Made by a program: the position numbers and the translations under genes. Positions 1 to 6,989 of a stretch of 38,664 nucleotides of DNA are shown here, piece after piece. This DNA is from Spirochaetaceae bacterium (GTDB taxonomy: Bacteria; Spirochaetota; Spirochaetia; Treponematales; Breznakiellaceae): positions 1 through 38,664 of the forward strand of contig JAISQV010000206.1 of NCBI GenBank assembly GCA_031273985.1, read 5' to 3'. The notes below the pieces were generated by a model, which was not told the origin of the DNA, made no database searches, and was given only the letters and a program-made list of their open reading frames with translations. Within the stretch, counting starts at the first letter, position 1. The number at the start of each line of letters is the position of its first letter.

Positions 1-99
1 TTGCTGCTGAAGCCGCAAGCGGCTTCAGCTTGGGAGTTTGCTTCACCGCCTATGGCGGTTCCGCAAACTCCAGCGAGGAATCACGGGGCGTTGCGGGGT

Positions 100-119
100 G
101 CCCCCGCATTGGGGGTAGC
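100..119. repeat. Putative attL core (GCCCCCGCATTGGGGGTAGC)
   Basis: 20/20 identical to 32725-32744. Contains an internal CCCCC-GCATT-GGGGG inverted repeat. An AT-rich arm and xis/int follow. Confidence 0.7.
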
Positions 120-228
120 GCTGACCGGTAAATGTTACTAAAAATACCCGCCTGAATAAATAATGGCCGAAAAGAAAAGATTTGTCAATAATTTTCTACC
201 AAAAAGCAAAAAAAAGTAAAAGAGTTTA

Positions 229-250
229 GTGACCCAAAATACTGACCCTG
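229..250 (+). promoter_or_regulatory. Putative arm-type recombinase/Xis binding motif (left arm), GTGACCCAAAATACTGACCCTG
   Basis: 18/22 identical, in the same orientation, to 32658-32679. Consists of two (G/C)TGACCC half-sites 14 bp apart. Confidence 0.5.
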
Positions 251-368
251 AAATTCACGCAGACGGCCTGCTCTTTTCATATTTTTCGTTGTTATCCACC
301 GTGCCGGGCACGGGGTGAAGCGCATTGCGAAGAAGCGAAGCGTGAAGAAATAATCCGGTAAAAACTTC

Positions 369-397
369 TTGACAAGCACTAGTAACAAGTGCATTAT
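369..397 (+). promoter_or_regulatory. Sigma70-like promoter with embedded operator-like inverted repeat
   Basis: TTGACA (369-374), 17-bp spacer, CATTAT (392-397). The inverted repeat GCACT-N7-AGTGC (376-392) fills the spacer. A GAGG RBS sits at 403-406 before ATG 414. Confidence 0.6.
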
Positions 398-413
398 AGG
401 GAAGAGGTAAATA

Positions 414-665
414 ATGGCAACAAGCAGTGCGGAGCGGCAACGGGCGTTTAAGCAGCGGATGTATGACGCAGGATACAAACAGACGATAGTGTGGGCGCTC
501 CGGGAGCCGGAGAAGAAGGGGCCGCGGATGGACAAGGGGGCGTTTCTCCGGAAGCTGGAACGGCTGACCGGGCAGTATACGGCAGAGGAGCAAGGGAGGC
601 TGTACGGCGAACTGATACGGTACATAGAGACGAAGAAGGGGGTAACGAAAGAAAAGAAAGCGTAG
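414..665 (+). CDS. Small basic protein, putative element regulator (DUF3018/RepB-regulator-like pattern)
   Basis: ATG with RBS and promoter upstream. The N-terminus SAERQRAFKQRMYDAGYKQTIVW matches, from memory, the Arg-rich helix plus G-x5-W pattern of small plasmid regulators/antitoxins. Not searched. Confidence 0.6.
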   Translation: MATSSAERQRAFKQRMYDAGYKQTIVWALREPEKKGPRMDKGAFLRKLERLTGQYTAEEQGRLYGELIRYIETKKGVTKEKKA

Positions 666-707
666 TTCACGGTATGGGAGGGGAAGAAAACAAACTGGAG
701 GAAAGCC

Positions 708-893
708 ATGACAATCAACTCTCAACCGCTGACGGCGGAAGCATTATCGCAGGTACTGGGAATCAGCGAGTTTACGATCAGGAAGCTGGCCCGTGAAGGG
801 CAGCTGCCGTGTATTTATGTGAAGCGGCAGCCGCGGTTCGAACTGGAAGCGCTTGTAGCGTACTTCAAGCGGCTCGAGGCGGCGGCGGCATGA
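708..893 (+). CDS. Excisionase-like helix-turn-helix protein (MerR/Xis-type HTH)
   Basis: 61 aa. LSQVLGISEFTIRKLAREGQLP is a typical excisionase-family HTH. Its stop overlaps the integrase ATG (ATGA at 890-893). Confidence 0.8.
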   Translation: MTINSQPLTAEALSQVLGISEFTIRKLAREGQLPCIYVKRQPRFELEALVAYFKRLEAAAA

Positions 894-2254
894 CTAACCT
901 GACGGAGGCGCTCTCGCGGTTGAGAAAGGAGCGGGAACAGTATTTTGAGGTGAAAGCGTATCTGGCGAGCGAGTTTCCGGACACGATGAAGGCGCTGCGG
1001 ATGGTGGACCTGGACTACACGGCGCCGAAACGGCGGAAAGGATTCAACCTGGTGAAACGCGAGAACCGGAAGCTGGGGTACGTTTATTACGTGCGGTATT
1101 CGCACGGCGGGAAGATGCTGCCGAGCAAATGGAACACGGGAACGAATGTACTTGAGGAGGCGGAGCGGTTTGCGGCGGAGCACCGGGAGCGGCTGGTGGC
1201 GGAATATATGGGGTCGCACGACACGAAGGCGTATGATCTTCTGGAGAAGTTCTACGGGGAGGGATCGGAATATCTGGCGTGCGAGGAGAAGCGGAACCGG
1301 CCGCTGTCGCCGCGGCGGCGGAAGAACTACTATTCGGTGATGACGCAGAAGTTCATACCATTTCTGAAGGAGAAGAAGGTAGCCGGGTTCGAGAAGATAA
1401 CGATACAGACGCTGAGTGATTTTCAGGACCGGCTTTTGGCGGGGGGGATCAAGCCGCAGACGGTGAACGACAATTTGAAGGCGGTAAAGAAGGTATTCGT
1501 GTACCTGGCACGGAAGGGGCTTGTCAAGGAGAATCCCTGCGATATGCTGCACGGGATACCGGTACACCATGAGGATCAGGAAGTGCGCGGGTGTTACGAG
1601 CTTGGGCGGCTGCGGGGAGTATTTAACGAGAGGTGGGAAGACCGGCTTTCGTATATGCTGTGCCTCCTGATCTATACGACGGGGATGAGGAACTGCGAGA
1701 TAGGGCGGATACGGAAGAGCGACATAATAGAGACAGAGGGGTGTCATTTCATAGACATAAAGGAGAGCAAGACGGCTAACGGGGTACGGCTGGTACCGCT
1801 GCACGAAAAGGTATACGGGGAACTCACGGAATACGCCTCGGGGAAGGGCCTTGAGGAGTATGTGTTTGGAGAGGCGGGGCAGCGGGACTACCAGGGTGCC
1901 AGCAGGGAACTGGACCGGCGGCTTAAGGCGGAGGAAGCGGAGCGGCAGCACATAACGTTTTACAGCGGGCGTCATTACTGGAAGACCCTTATGAGCAGCG
2001 GGGGATTGGGGGGGGATGCGGAGGAGCTGTTCATGGGGCACAAGGTATCCGGGGACGTGGCGAAGCGGTACAACCACCGGGACAAACAGGGGGAGCGGCA
2101 CATGGTAAAGAAGGCGAAACAAGTATTCGGGATACTGAACAACCGGCTATTCACAGAGAGCGCGACGGAGAGGGTAACGGGGAAACAAGCCCGTGAGGTT
2201 GCGCAGCAATCCACGGGTGCGGGGGTGTCGGGGGAGCAGCCCCTGACGAATTGA
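890..2254 (+). CDS. int: Tyrosine-type site-specific recombinase/integrase
   Basis: Motifs TGMRNCEIGRIRKSD (box I Arg), SGRHYWKT (H-x-x-R region) and GHKVSGDVAKRYNH (catalytic Tyr region). The ATG at 890 is translationally coupled to xis. The track start at 809 was rejected as an upstream extension. Confidence 0.9.
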   Translation: MTNLTEALSRLRKEREQYFEVKAYLASEFPDTMKALRMVDLDYTAPKRRKGFNLVKRENRKLGYVYYVRYSHGGKMLPSKWNTGTNVLEEAERFAAEHRERLVAEYMGSHDTKAYDLLEKFYGEGSEYLACEEKRNRPLSPRRRKNYYSVMTQKFIPFLKEKKVAGFEKITIQTLSDFQDRLLAGGIKPQTVNDNLKAVKKVFVYLARKGLVKENPCDMLHGIPVHHEDQEVRGCYELGRLRGVFNERWEDRLSYMLCLLIYTTGMRNCEIGRIRKSDIIETEGCHFIDIKESKTANGVRLVPLHEKVYGELTEYASGKGLEEYVFGEAGQRDYQGASRELDRRLKAEEAERQHITFYSGRHYWKTLMSSGGLGGDAEELFMGHKVSGDVAKRYNHRDKQGERHMVKKAKQVFGILNNRLFTESATERVTGKQAREVAQQSTGAGVSGEQPLTN

Positions 2255-2255
2255 G

Positions 2256-3074
2256 TTACCGGCGCCTCAGGGGAGGGGTTTGAGGCCGGAGAACAATTTC
2301 TTGGCTATCACGTGGCCTTCCCGTGCGTCTTGCCGCAAATATTTGATCTCTTGCGGCGTTAAGCGACGGGGTTTTGGCGAGGGCGTAAGCTTCGGGCTGG
2401 GTAAGACAGTTGAAGTTTCCTTCATACAAGTCAATCTCCTTCATAAAAGAGGATAACGGTTGTTCACCATGAGTGTCAAGCAATTTAACGCGCATGGCGG
2501 AGGATAGGGCAATCTCGCCTCCGTGGCCGCCGAGGGCCATAGCCGCGGTCTGAACGGCTTTTCCGCCGTTTTTTTCGATGTGCCGGCGCAGTTCGCTGAA
2601 TGAACCTCCGAAGGCGAAGACGTCATCGACCAGTATGTAGTTCCGGCGGTTCTGAACTTCGCCGTCAAATTCCGGGCGGAAGGCGAAACGGTGCCAGGGA
2701 TCGGAACCGGTACGGAATACCTGATTTGCTTGAATGATAGTAGTGTCAACCTGGAGGCCTGTTTTTTTTGAGATATATTCGGCAAGCATTTCGGGGATTC
2801 GGTTTTTACCGCCGGCCTCTACGGCACGGACCGGAACGACAATCGCGTCCGGGAAGGAAGTTTTGAGCGATTTCAACTGTTTGATATTATCCGGGGTATC
2901 CAGGAGGGATTTGACCAAGCGCGCCGCGGCCTGCCGGTCTTCATGGTTTTTGGCGGCGTCGTAATCGGGGTGGTTGAAGAGGAGCTTCCATGGTTTGGCG
3001 CATACGTTTTGGAGGTCTACGAAGCGCATGACCTTCGGGAAATTTTCATCCCAGCCCGGAGCTAGCGCGATCAT
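2256..3074 (-). CDS. Phosphoribosyltransferase-fold (PRTase/ComF-like) protein
   Basis: PRPP-binding signature NYILVDDVFAFGGSFSEL. Its ATG overlaps the topo III stop (3071-3074). Confidence 0.75.
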   Translation of the reverse strand: MIALAPGWDENFPKVMRFVDLQNVCAKPWKLLFNHPDYDAAKNHEDRQAAARLVKSLLDTPDNIKQLKSLKTSFPDAIVVPVRAVEAGGKNRIPEMLAEYISKKTGLQVDTTIIQANQVFRTGSDPWHRFAFRPEFDGEVQNRRNYILVDDVFAFGGSFSELRRHIEKNGGKAVQTAAMALGGHGGEIALSSAMRVKLLDTHGEQPLSSFMKEIDLYEGNFNCLTQPEAYALAKTPSLNAARDQIFAARRTGRPRDSQEIVLRPQTPPLRRR

Positions 3075-5113
3075 ATCTTTTTATCGTCGAAACGCATTTC
3101 AACTTTACCATTGGCCAGCTCGAAGGCGGCGCGGAATTCCTTACCGGCCTTGCTTTTGCACTTTTTAATTTTGGTTTTTTTACCCGCGAGCAGGGCCTGA
3201 ACATCGGTGAGGGAAATAGCCGCCTGGCATATTTCTTTCCAGATGGCGAATTGGCAGCCCTCTTTATAATTGGCGCAATAATAATTGCGCTTGCCGTCAT
3301 AAATGTCCCCGCCGCAGCGTGGGCATTTACCGAGGCTTTTTTTCCCCCAGGTTTCAACGGAGGTGTGTTCGACGGCGCTGCGCACAAAGGTTTTGATGTC
3401 GCGTAAAAACTGGGCGGTATTTTCGTGAAGGGATTGTTCCCACCTGGTAGTTTCGGGGATAGAAATAAAATTGGCGAGGAATTCATTTTTTTTGATATTT
3501 TCGATGAGGAATATGCCGTCGTCGGAGATGAGGATATTCTTGCCTTTTTGGAGGAGGTAACCGCGGCCTGTGAGTTTTTTGAGGATGGAGCCGCGGGTAG
3601 CCGGGGTACCGAGGCCCGCGAGATGTTTTCCATCATCGCCACGGGGATTTTCCATGAGGGCGAGGAGGGATGCGTAGGTGTAGTGTTTTTTGGGCTCGGT
3701 GAATTTCTCCGCCATGGTAATTGACGAAACAGGGTATACGCCCTGTTCCTCAAGGCCGGCGTAATTTTCTTCCTCGTCCTCGTCATCGTCTTTTTCCCGG
3801 CGCTGTTTCCAGCCGGCCTGGAGCACTTCGGCGCCGTTTCCGGCAAAGGGGAACCCTGAAATATCGACGGCGATTTTAATGGCGTTGTAAACAAAATCGG
3901 GCATGAGGATGGTGAAAAACTGATTGAGGACGAGGTTGAAGACATTAGCTTCCTCCGGGGAGGCGCCGTCCGGGAGGGGCGCCAGGGGGATGAGCGCGTG
4001 ATGGTCTTCGAGCTCTGCGGAATTGAAGATGCGTTTATTACCGGCGCTGATGAGGGCGGGGTCTGTCCCTTCCGACATTTCAGGATAAACGCCTTTCAGG
4101 TTTTCATAGATACCGCTGACCAGGCCGGCGTTCTCATCGCCCATGACACGGGAAGGCGTACGGGGATAGGAGAGGCACTTGTGCTTTTCGTAGAGGGCCT
4201 GTGCGATAGTCAGGGTCTGTTCCGGGGTATAAGAAAATTTTTTACTGGCCTCCTTTTGCAAAGCGGTGAGGTTGAATAGCTGCGGCGGACGGAGGGTTTT
4301 TTTCTCTTTTTTGAGTTCCGTGATTCTGCCTGATTTCAAGGAGTCTTTTTTTTCCTTGATTTCCGCAAGCAGCGGGGACTGATCCGGGAACCTGGAGGGG
4401 AATTCCTCGTTGGACTGATTGAGGAGCTTCACGGAAAAGGGGAAGCCCGCGTCGAGGAGGGCGGCGGCTTCGGCATATTTCTCCGGAGTAAATCCTTTGA
4501 CGGCCTGTTCCCGGTCATGGACGGCGGCGAGGACGGCGGTCTGTACGCGACCGAAGTGGAGGAGTTTTCCTGACTTGACGGACAAGAGTCGGGTAAGGTT
4601 CATGCCGGTAAGCCAGTCTGCTTCCTGCCGTGCGTAGCCCTGTTCTTTGTAGGGATCGTAATCAGACAAAGGCCGGGCGTTTTTAATGCCGGCAAGAATG
4701 ACATCGGGGGTAAGGGCAGCGGAAACCCAGAAGCGGCGGGCGGAGTCGTAGCCCCTGAATCCGACATAGCCGAGGATCTCCGCGCCGATAAGTTCCCCTT
4801 CGCGTTCCGCGTCGGTGGCCAGAAGGAGCACGTCATCCTTACGGGCGTCGAAACATTTTTTAACCAGGGCGAGCTGGGATTCGGCGCCCTGGACGGGTTT
4901 AAATTTAACCTGTTCGGGAATGACGGGAAGCGTCTGGAGGGACCATTTTTTGAGAGCGGGGTCGTAGTCTTCGGGGGCGAAATTTTCGAGGAGGTGGCCG
5001 AGGGCGTTGACGATGCAGTATTCGTCATTTTCGAAGAAGCCCGCTTTTTTGGGGACGCCGAGGGCGGCGGCGAAGGCTGAAGAAACAGAAGGTTTTTCGG
5101 TAAGGATGAGCAT
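3071..5113 (-). CDS. topB: DNA topoisomerase III (type IA), conjugative-element type
   Basis: TOPRIM motif LATDAEREGE, active-site Tyr context CLSYPRT, and C-terminal zinc ribbon CPRCGG...YYCANYKEGCQF. An AAGGAG RBS precedes the ATG. Confidence 0.93.
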   Translation of the reverse strand: MLILTEKPSVSSAFAAALGVPKKAGFFENDEYCIVNALGHLLENFAPEDYDPALKKWSLQTLPVIPEQVKFKPVQGAESQLALVKKCFDARKDDVLLLATDAEREGELIGAEILGYVGFRGYDSARRFWVSAALTPDVILAGIKNARPLSDYDPYKEQGYARQEADWLTGMNLTRLLSVKSGKLLHFGRVQTAVLAAVHDREQAVKGFTPEKYAEAAALLDAGFPFSVKLLNQSNEEFPSRFPDQSPLLAEIKEKKDSLKSGRITELKKEKKTLRPPQLFNLTALQKEASKKFSYTPEQTLTIAQALYEKHKCLSYPRTPSRVMGDENAGLVSGIYENLKGVYPEMSEGTDPALISAGNKRIFNSAELEDHHALIPLAPLPDGASPEEANVFNLVLNQFFTILMPDFVYNAIKIAVDISGFPFAGNGAEVLQAGWKQRREKDDDEDEEENYAGLEEQGVYPVSSITMAEKFTEPKKHYTYASLLALMENPRGDDGKHLAGLGTPATRGSILKKLTGRGYLLQKGKNILISDDGIFLIENIKKNEFLANFISIPETTRWEQSLHENTAQFLRDIKTFVRSAVEHTSVETWGKKSLGKCPRCGGDIYDGKRNYYCANYKEGCQFAIWKEICQAAISLTDVQALLAGKKTKIKKCKSKAGKEFRAAFELANGKVEMRFDDKKI

Positions 5114-5134
5114 GGTAACTCCTTAAGGGTATGC

Positions 5135-5578
5135 TCAGCGCCGGGCGAAGCGCGGGGAAGAATCCGCGAGCATACGGAGGGCCGGGTAATTGAGTTTGCC
5201 CCTCTGACAGAGGAGGAAGCGGAGCCTGATATAGAAACCGTCGCCGAAGGAATAGGCGCCGGAGGAATGAGTGTTGAGGAAGGAGACGGCGCGGCGGAGC
5301 TTATCGACGCGGGAGGCATGGACGGCAAAGAGCAGGGAGACCCGTTTTGAGAGGCCCGGAAGGAAGAGGGAGCGGGCGCCTGAAGTGGTGGAGTTTCTGA
5401 CGGCGCAGGCCTCACGGTGTGCCGGGTAGGTATAGTACAGAAAGATGAGCGCGTTCTCCGGGAAGGCGAGGATGGCGGCGTCCGACTCCGGAAGCAGGGT
5501 TTTACCCGAGAAGAGGCCGTCCGCGTAGAGGGAGTAGAATGAGGCTTCGCCTGGGATAATAATTTCGAGGGGAGTCAC
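5135..5578 (-). CDS. Hypothetical protein
   Basis: 147-aa ORF. The start overlaps the stop of the upstream rep-like gene by 4 nt. No motif recognised. Confidence 0.5.
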   Translation of the reverse strand: MTPLEIIIPGEASFYSLYADGLFSGKTLLPESDAAILAFPENALIFLYYTYPAHREACAVRNSTTSGARSLFLPGLSKRVSLLFAVHASRVDKLRRAVSFLNTHSSGAYSFGDGFYIRLRFLLCQRGKLNYPALRMLADSSPRFARR

Positions 5579-6792
5579 GGGAGGCCGTATTGTTCCCTGA
5601 GTTTCGCCACGGCTTTAAGTTTTTCCGGGAAGCTGAGGGAGCTGTCGTCGAGGATTCGCCGCGACTCACGGGAGAAGGCCGATTTCCGGTCCTGTGGGAG
5701 GAGCCAGAACTTTTTATGCCTTTCGGCGTCTTCCGCGGAGGCGAAACGGTCGAGGCCGCAGGAAGGGCAGCGGCCGGCGCCGTCGGGGAGGGAATCGCCG
5801 CAAACGGGGCAAAAGGCGGGGTTTTGCGGGGGCGGCGGGGCCCTGATTTCGGCGCTACGGCGGAAGAGCACGGCGGCCTGTTCGGTAAAGAAAAGGGTGT
5901 AGAAGAGGCCTGCGAGGCTGCGTGGATTTTTTTTGAGGCAGAAGGCGCAGAGCCAGGAGAGGAAAGCGTCAGGCAGGCCTGAAGAGGCGAGATAGGCCGA
6001 GGCTTTCGGGTAGAAGGCAGGGTCGAAGAAGAGTTCCTGGCTGACGGCAAGGAGGCGGGCTTTGAGGTCTCCGGCGTTGGGTGCGGTATCTTCCGCTGCT
6101 GCCGGGGGCGCCTGGGAGCAGCCCTCCCCGGAAGCGGGGTGCGGGGAAGCAGCAGAAGCTTTATTAATATTGTAATAATAGCTTTTAATATTCTCCCTGA
6201 AAAAATTTTCACCACCTTGCGAAGAATTTTTCACCACCTCCTGAAGATTTTTTCCATAGGTAGTGAAATTATTTTCACCACGTGGTGAAGAAATTTTCAC
6301 CGCCCCCCCCTCCGGGACGAGCGCTGGTTCCGGCTCTGCGGGGGCGTGAGGTTCCGGCGCCGCGGTTTCCCCCTCCGGCGGGGCGGGCGCCGGCACGGCT
6401 TCGGCGCCGGTTTCCGGACTCCCTGAGGCGGGGCTCTCCGGCAGGCCGGGATCGGGTTCCAGGGGCGGCGGCTCATAGGGGCTTGGCAGTCCGGGCTCCT
6501 TAAGCTTAATGTTACGGCTTTTGATCTCTTTTTTGCCCGGGACGTAGGTGAACGTGACGTCAATGACACCCGCGTTCTTGAGGGTATTGATCCAGTTGAT
6601 AACGCTTCGCTCGGTGGTTTTGTAGAGGTTGGCGAAGTAGGCGTTGCCGGCCCAGCAGTGGCCTTTGAGGTTACAGAGGGCGGAAATTTCGGCGTAGAGC
6701 AGCTTGGCGCTGGGCGGGATGGATTTGTTATAGCGGACGGTGGCCGGGATGACGGCCCAGAATGCCGGGGACGGCGGTTTTTCGTTATGCAA
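5575..6792 (-). CDS. HTH-domain replication-initiator-like protein (DnaD / phage O-type N-terminus) with C-terminal zinc ribbon
   Basis: The N-terminus FWAVIPATVRYNKSIPPSAKLLYAEISALCNLKGHCWAGNAYFANLYKTTERSVINWINTLKNAGVI matches the winged-HTH of plasmid/phage initiators. Also has CPVCGDSLPDGAGRCPSCG. TTG start preceded by GGAGG. Confidence 0.75.
   Translation of the reverse strand: MHNEKPPSPAFWAVIPATVRYNKSIPPSAKLLYAEISALCNLKGHCWAGNAYFANLYKTTERSVINWINTLKNAGVIDVTFTYVPGKKEIKSRNIKLKEPGLPSPYEPPPLEPDPGLPESPASGSPETGAEAVPAPAPPEGETAAPEPHAPAEPEPALVPEGGAVKISSPRGENNFTTYGKNLQEVVKNSSQGGENFFRENIKSYYYNINKASAASPHPASGEGCSQAPPAAAEDTAPNAGDLKARLLAVSQELFFDPAFYPKASAYLASSGLPDAFLSWLCAFCLKKNPRSLAGLFYTLFFTEQAAVLFRRSAEIRAPPPPQNPAFCPVCGDSLPDGAGRCPSCGLDRFASAEDAERHKKFWLLPQDRKSAFSRESRRILDDSSLSFPEKLKAVAKLREQYGLP
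6206..6304. repeat. Iteron-like repeats TTTTCACCRC(C) inside the rep-like gene
   Basis: Direct copies at 6206-6216, 6227-6238, 6272-6282 and 6294-6304. Also a 14-bp perfect palindrome TCACCACGTGGTGA (6276-6289) and a degenerate inverted copy at 6259-6268. The segment is a local AT-rich island. Confidence 0.55.
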
Positions 6793-6842
6793 GGTACCTC
6801 CGGATTGCGGTAATAGCTGCCGGGGCTCTCTCCGGGGTATGC

Positions 6843-6854
6843 GTTACTAGTAAC
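6843..6854. promoter_or_regulatory. Perfect 12-bp palindrome GTTACTAGTAAC upstream of the rep-like operon (operator candidate)
   Basis: Lies about 50 bp upstream of the TTG start at 6792. Shares the 10-mer ACTAGTAACA with the promoter spacer at 378-387. Confidence 0.45.
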
Positions 6855-6905
6855 ACTCACCCCCGGTAAAAAAAAGCCCCTCTGCCCTTAGGAGAATACG
6901 GGGAA

Positions 6906-6951
6906 GAAAAAAAAGGCCCTTCCCGGAGCCGCGGGGGCTCCGGGAAGGGCC
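6906..6951 (-). terminator. Rho-independent terminator of the T4SS/lipoprotein operon
   Basis: 16-bp GC-rich stem GGCCCTTCCCGGAGCC / GGCTCCGGGAAGGGCC (6915-6951), followed on the minus strand by a 9-nt T run (6906-6914). Confidence 0.75.
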
Positions 6952-6989
6952 GAAGAAGGGAGAACGGTATGAGATGCAGGGAGCGGGGT

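Noticed and set aside
809-889. Upstream track starts for several genes: int at 809, trbB at 23399, the RHH gene at 23907, parB at 31346, parA at 32011, the lipoprotein at 10151, and brnT at 19008.
   Set aside because: The extensions overlap the preceding gene, begin at non-ATG codons without an RBS, or add low-complexity residues. Internal ATG/GTG starts have good Shine-Dalgarno sequences or ATGA-type coupling and coincide with the start of family homology.
815-2122. Long ORFs antisense to, or out of frame with, well-supported genes. Examples: 815-2122(-), 3046-3945(-), 4600-5415(-), 5502-6215(-), 6297-6860(-), 6857-7447(-), 9008-9745(-), 14206-15093(-), 14529-15824(+), 23717-24631(+), 28255-29268(+), 33667-34662(-), 34400-35317(-), 35293-36432(+), 37584-38459(-).
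   Set aside because: They overlap ORFs that carry clear family motifs. Their translations are Pro/Arg/Gly/Ala-rich low-complexity strings typical of stop-poor alternative frames in high-GC DNA, and they lack RBS or coupling signals.
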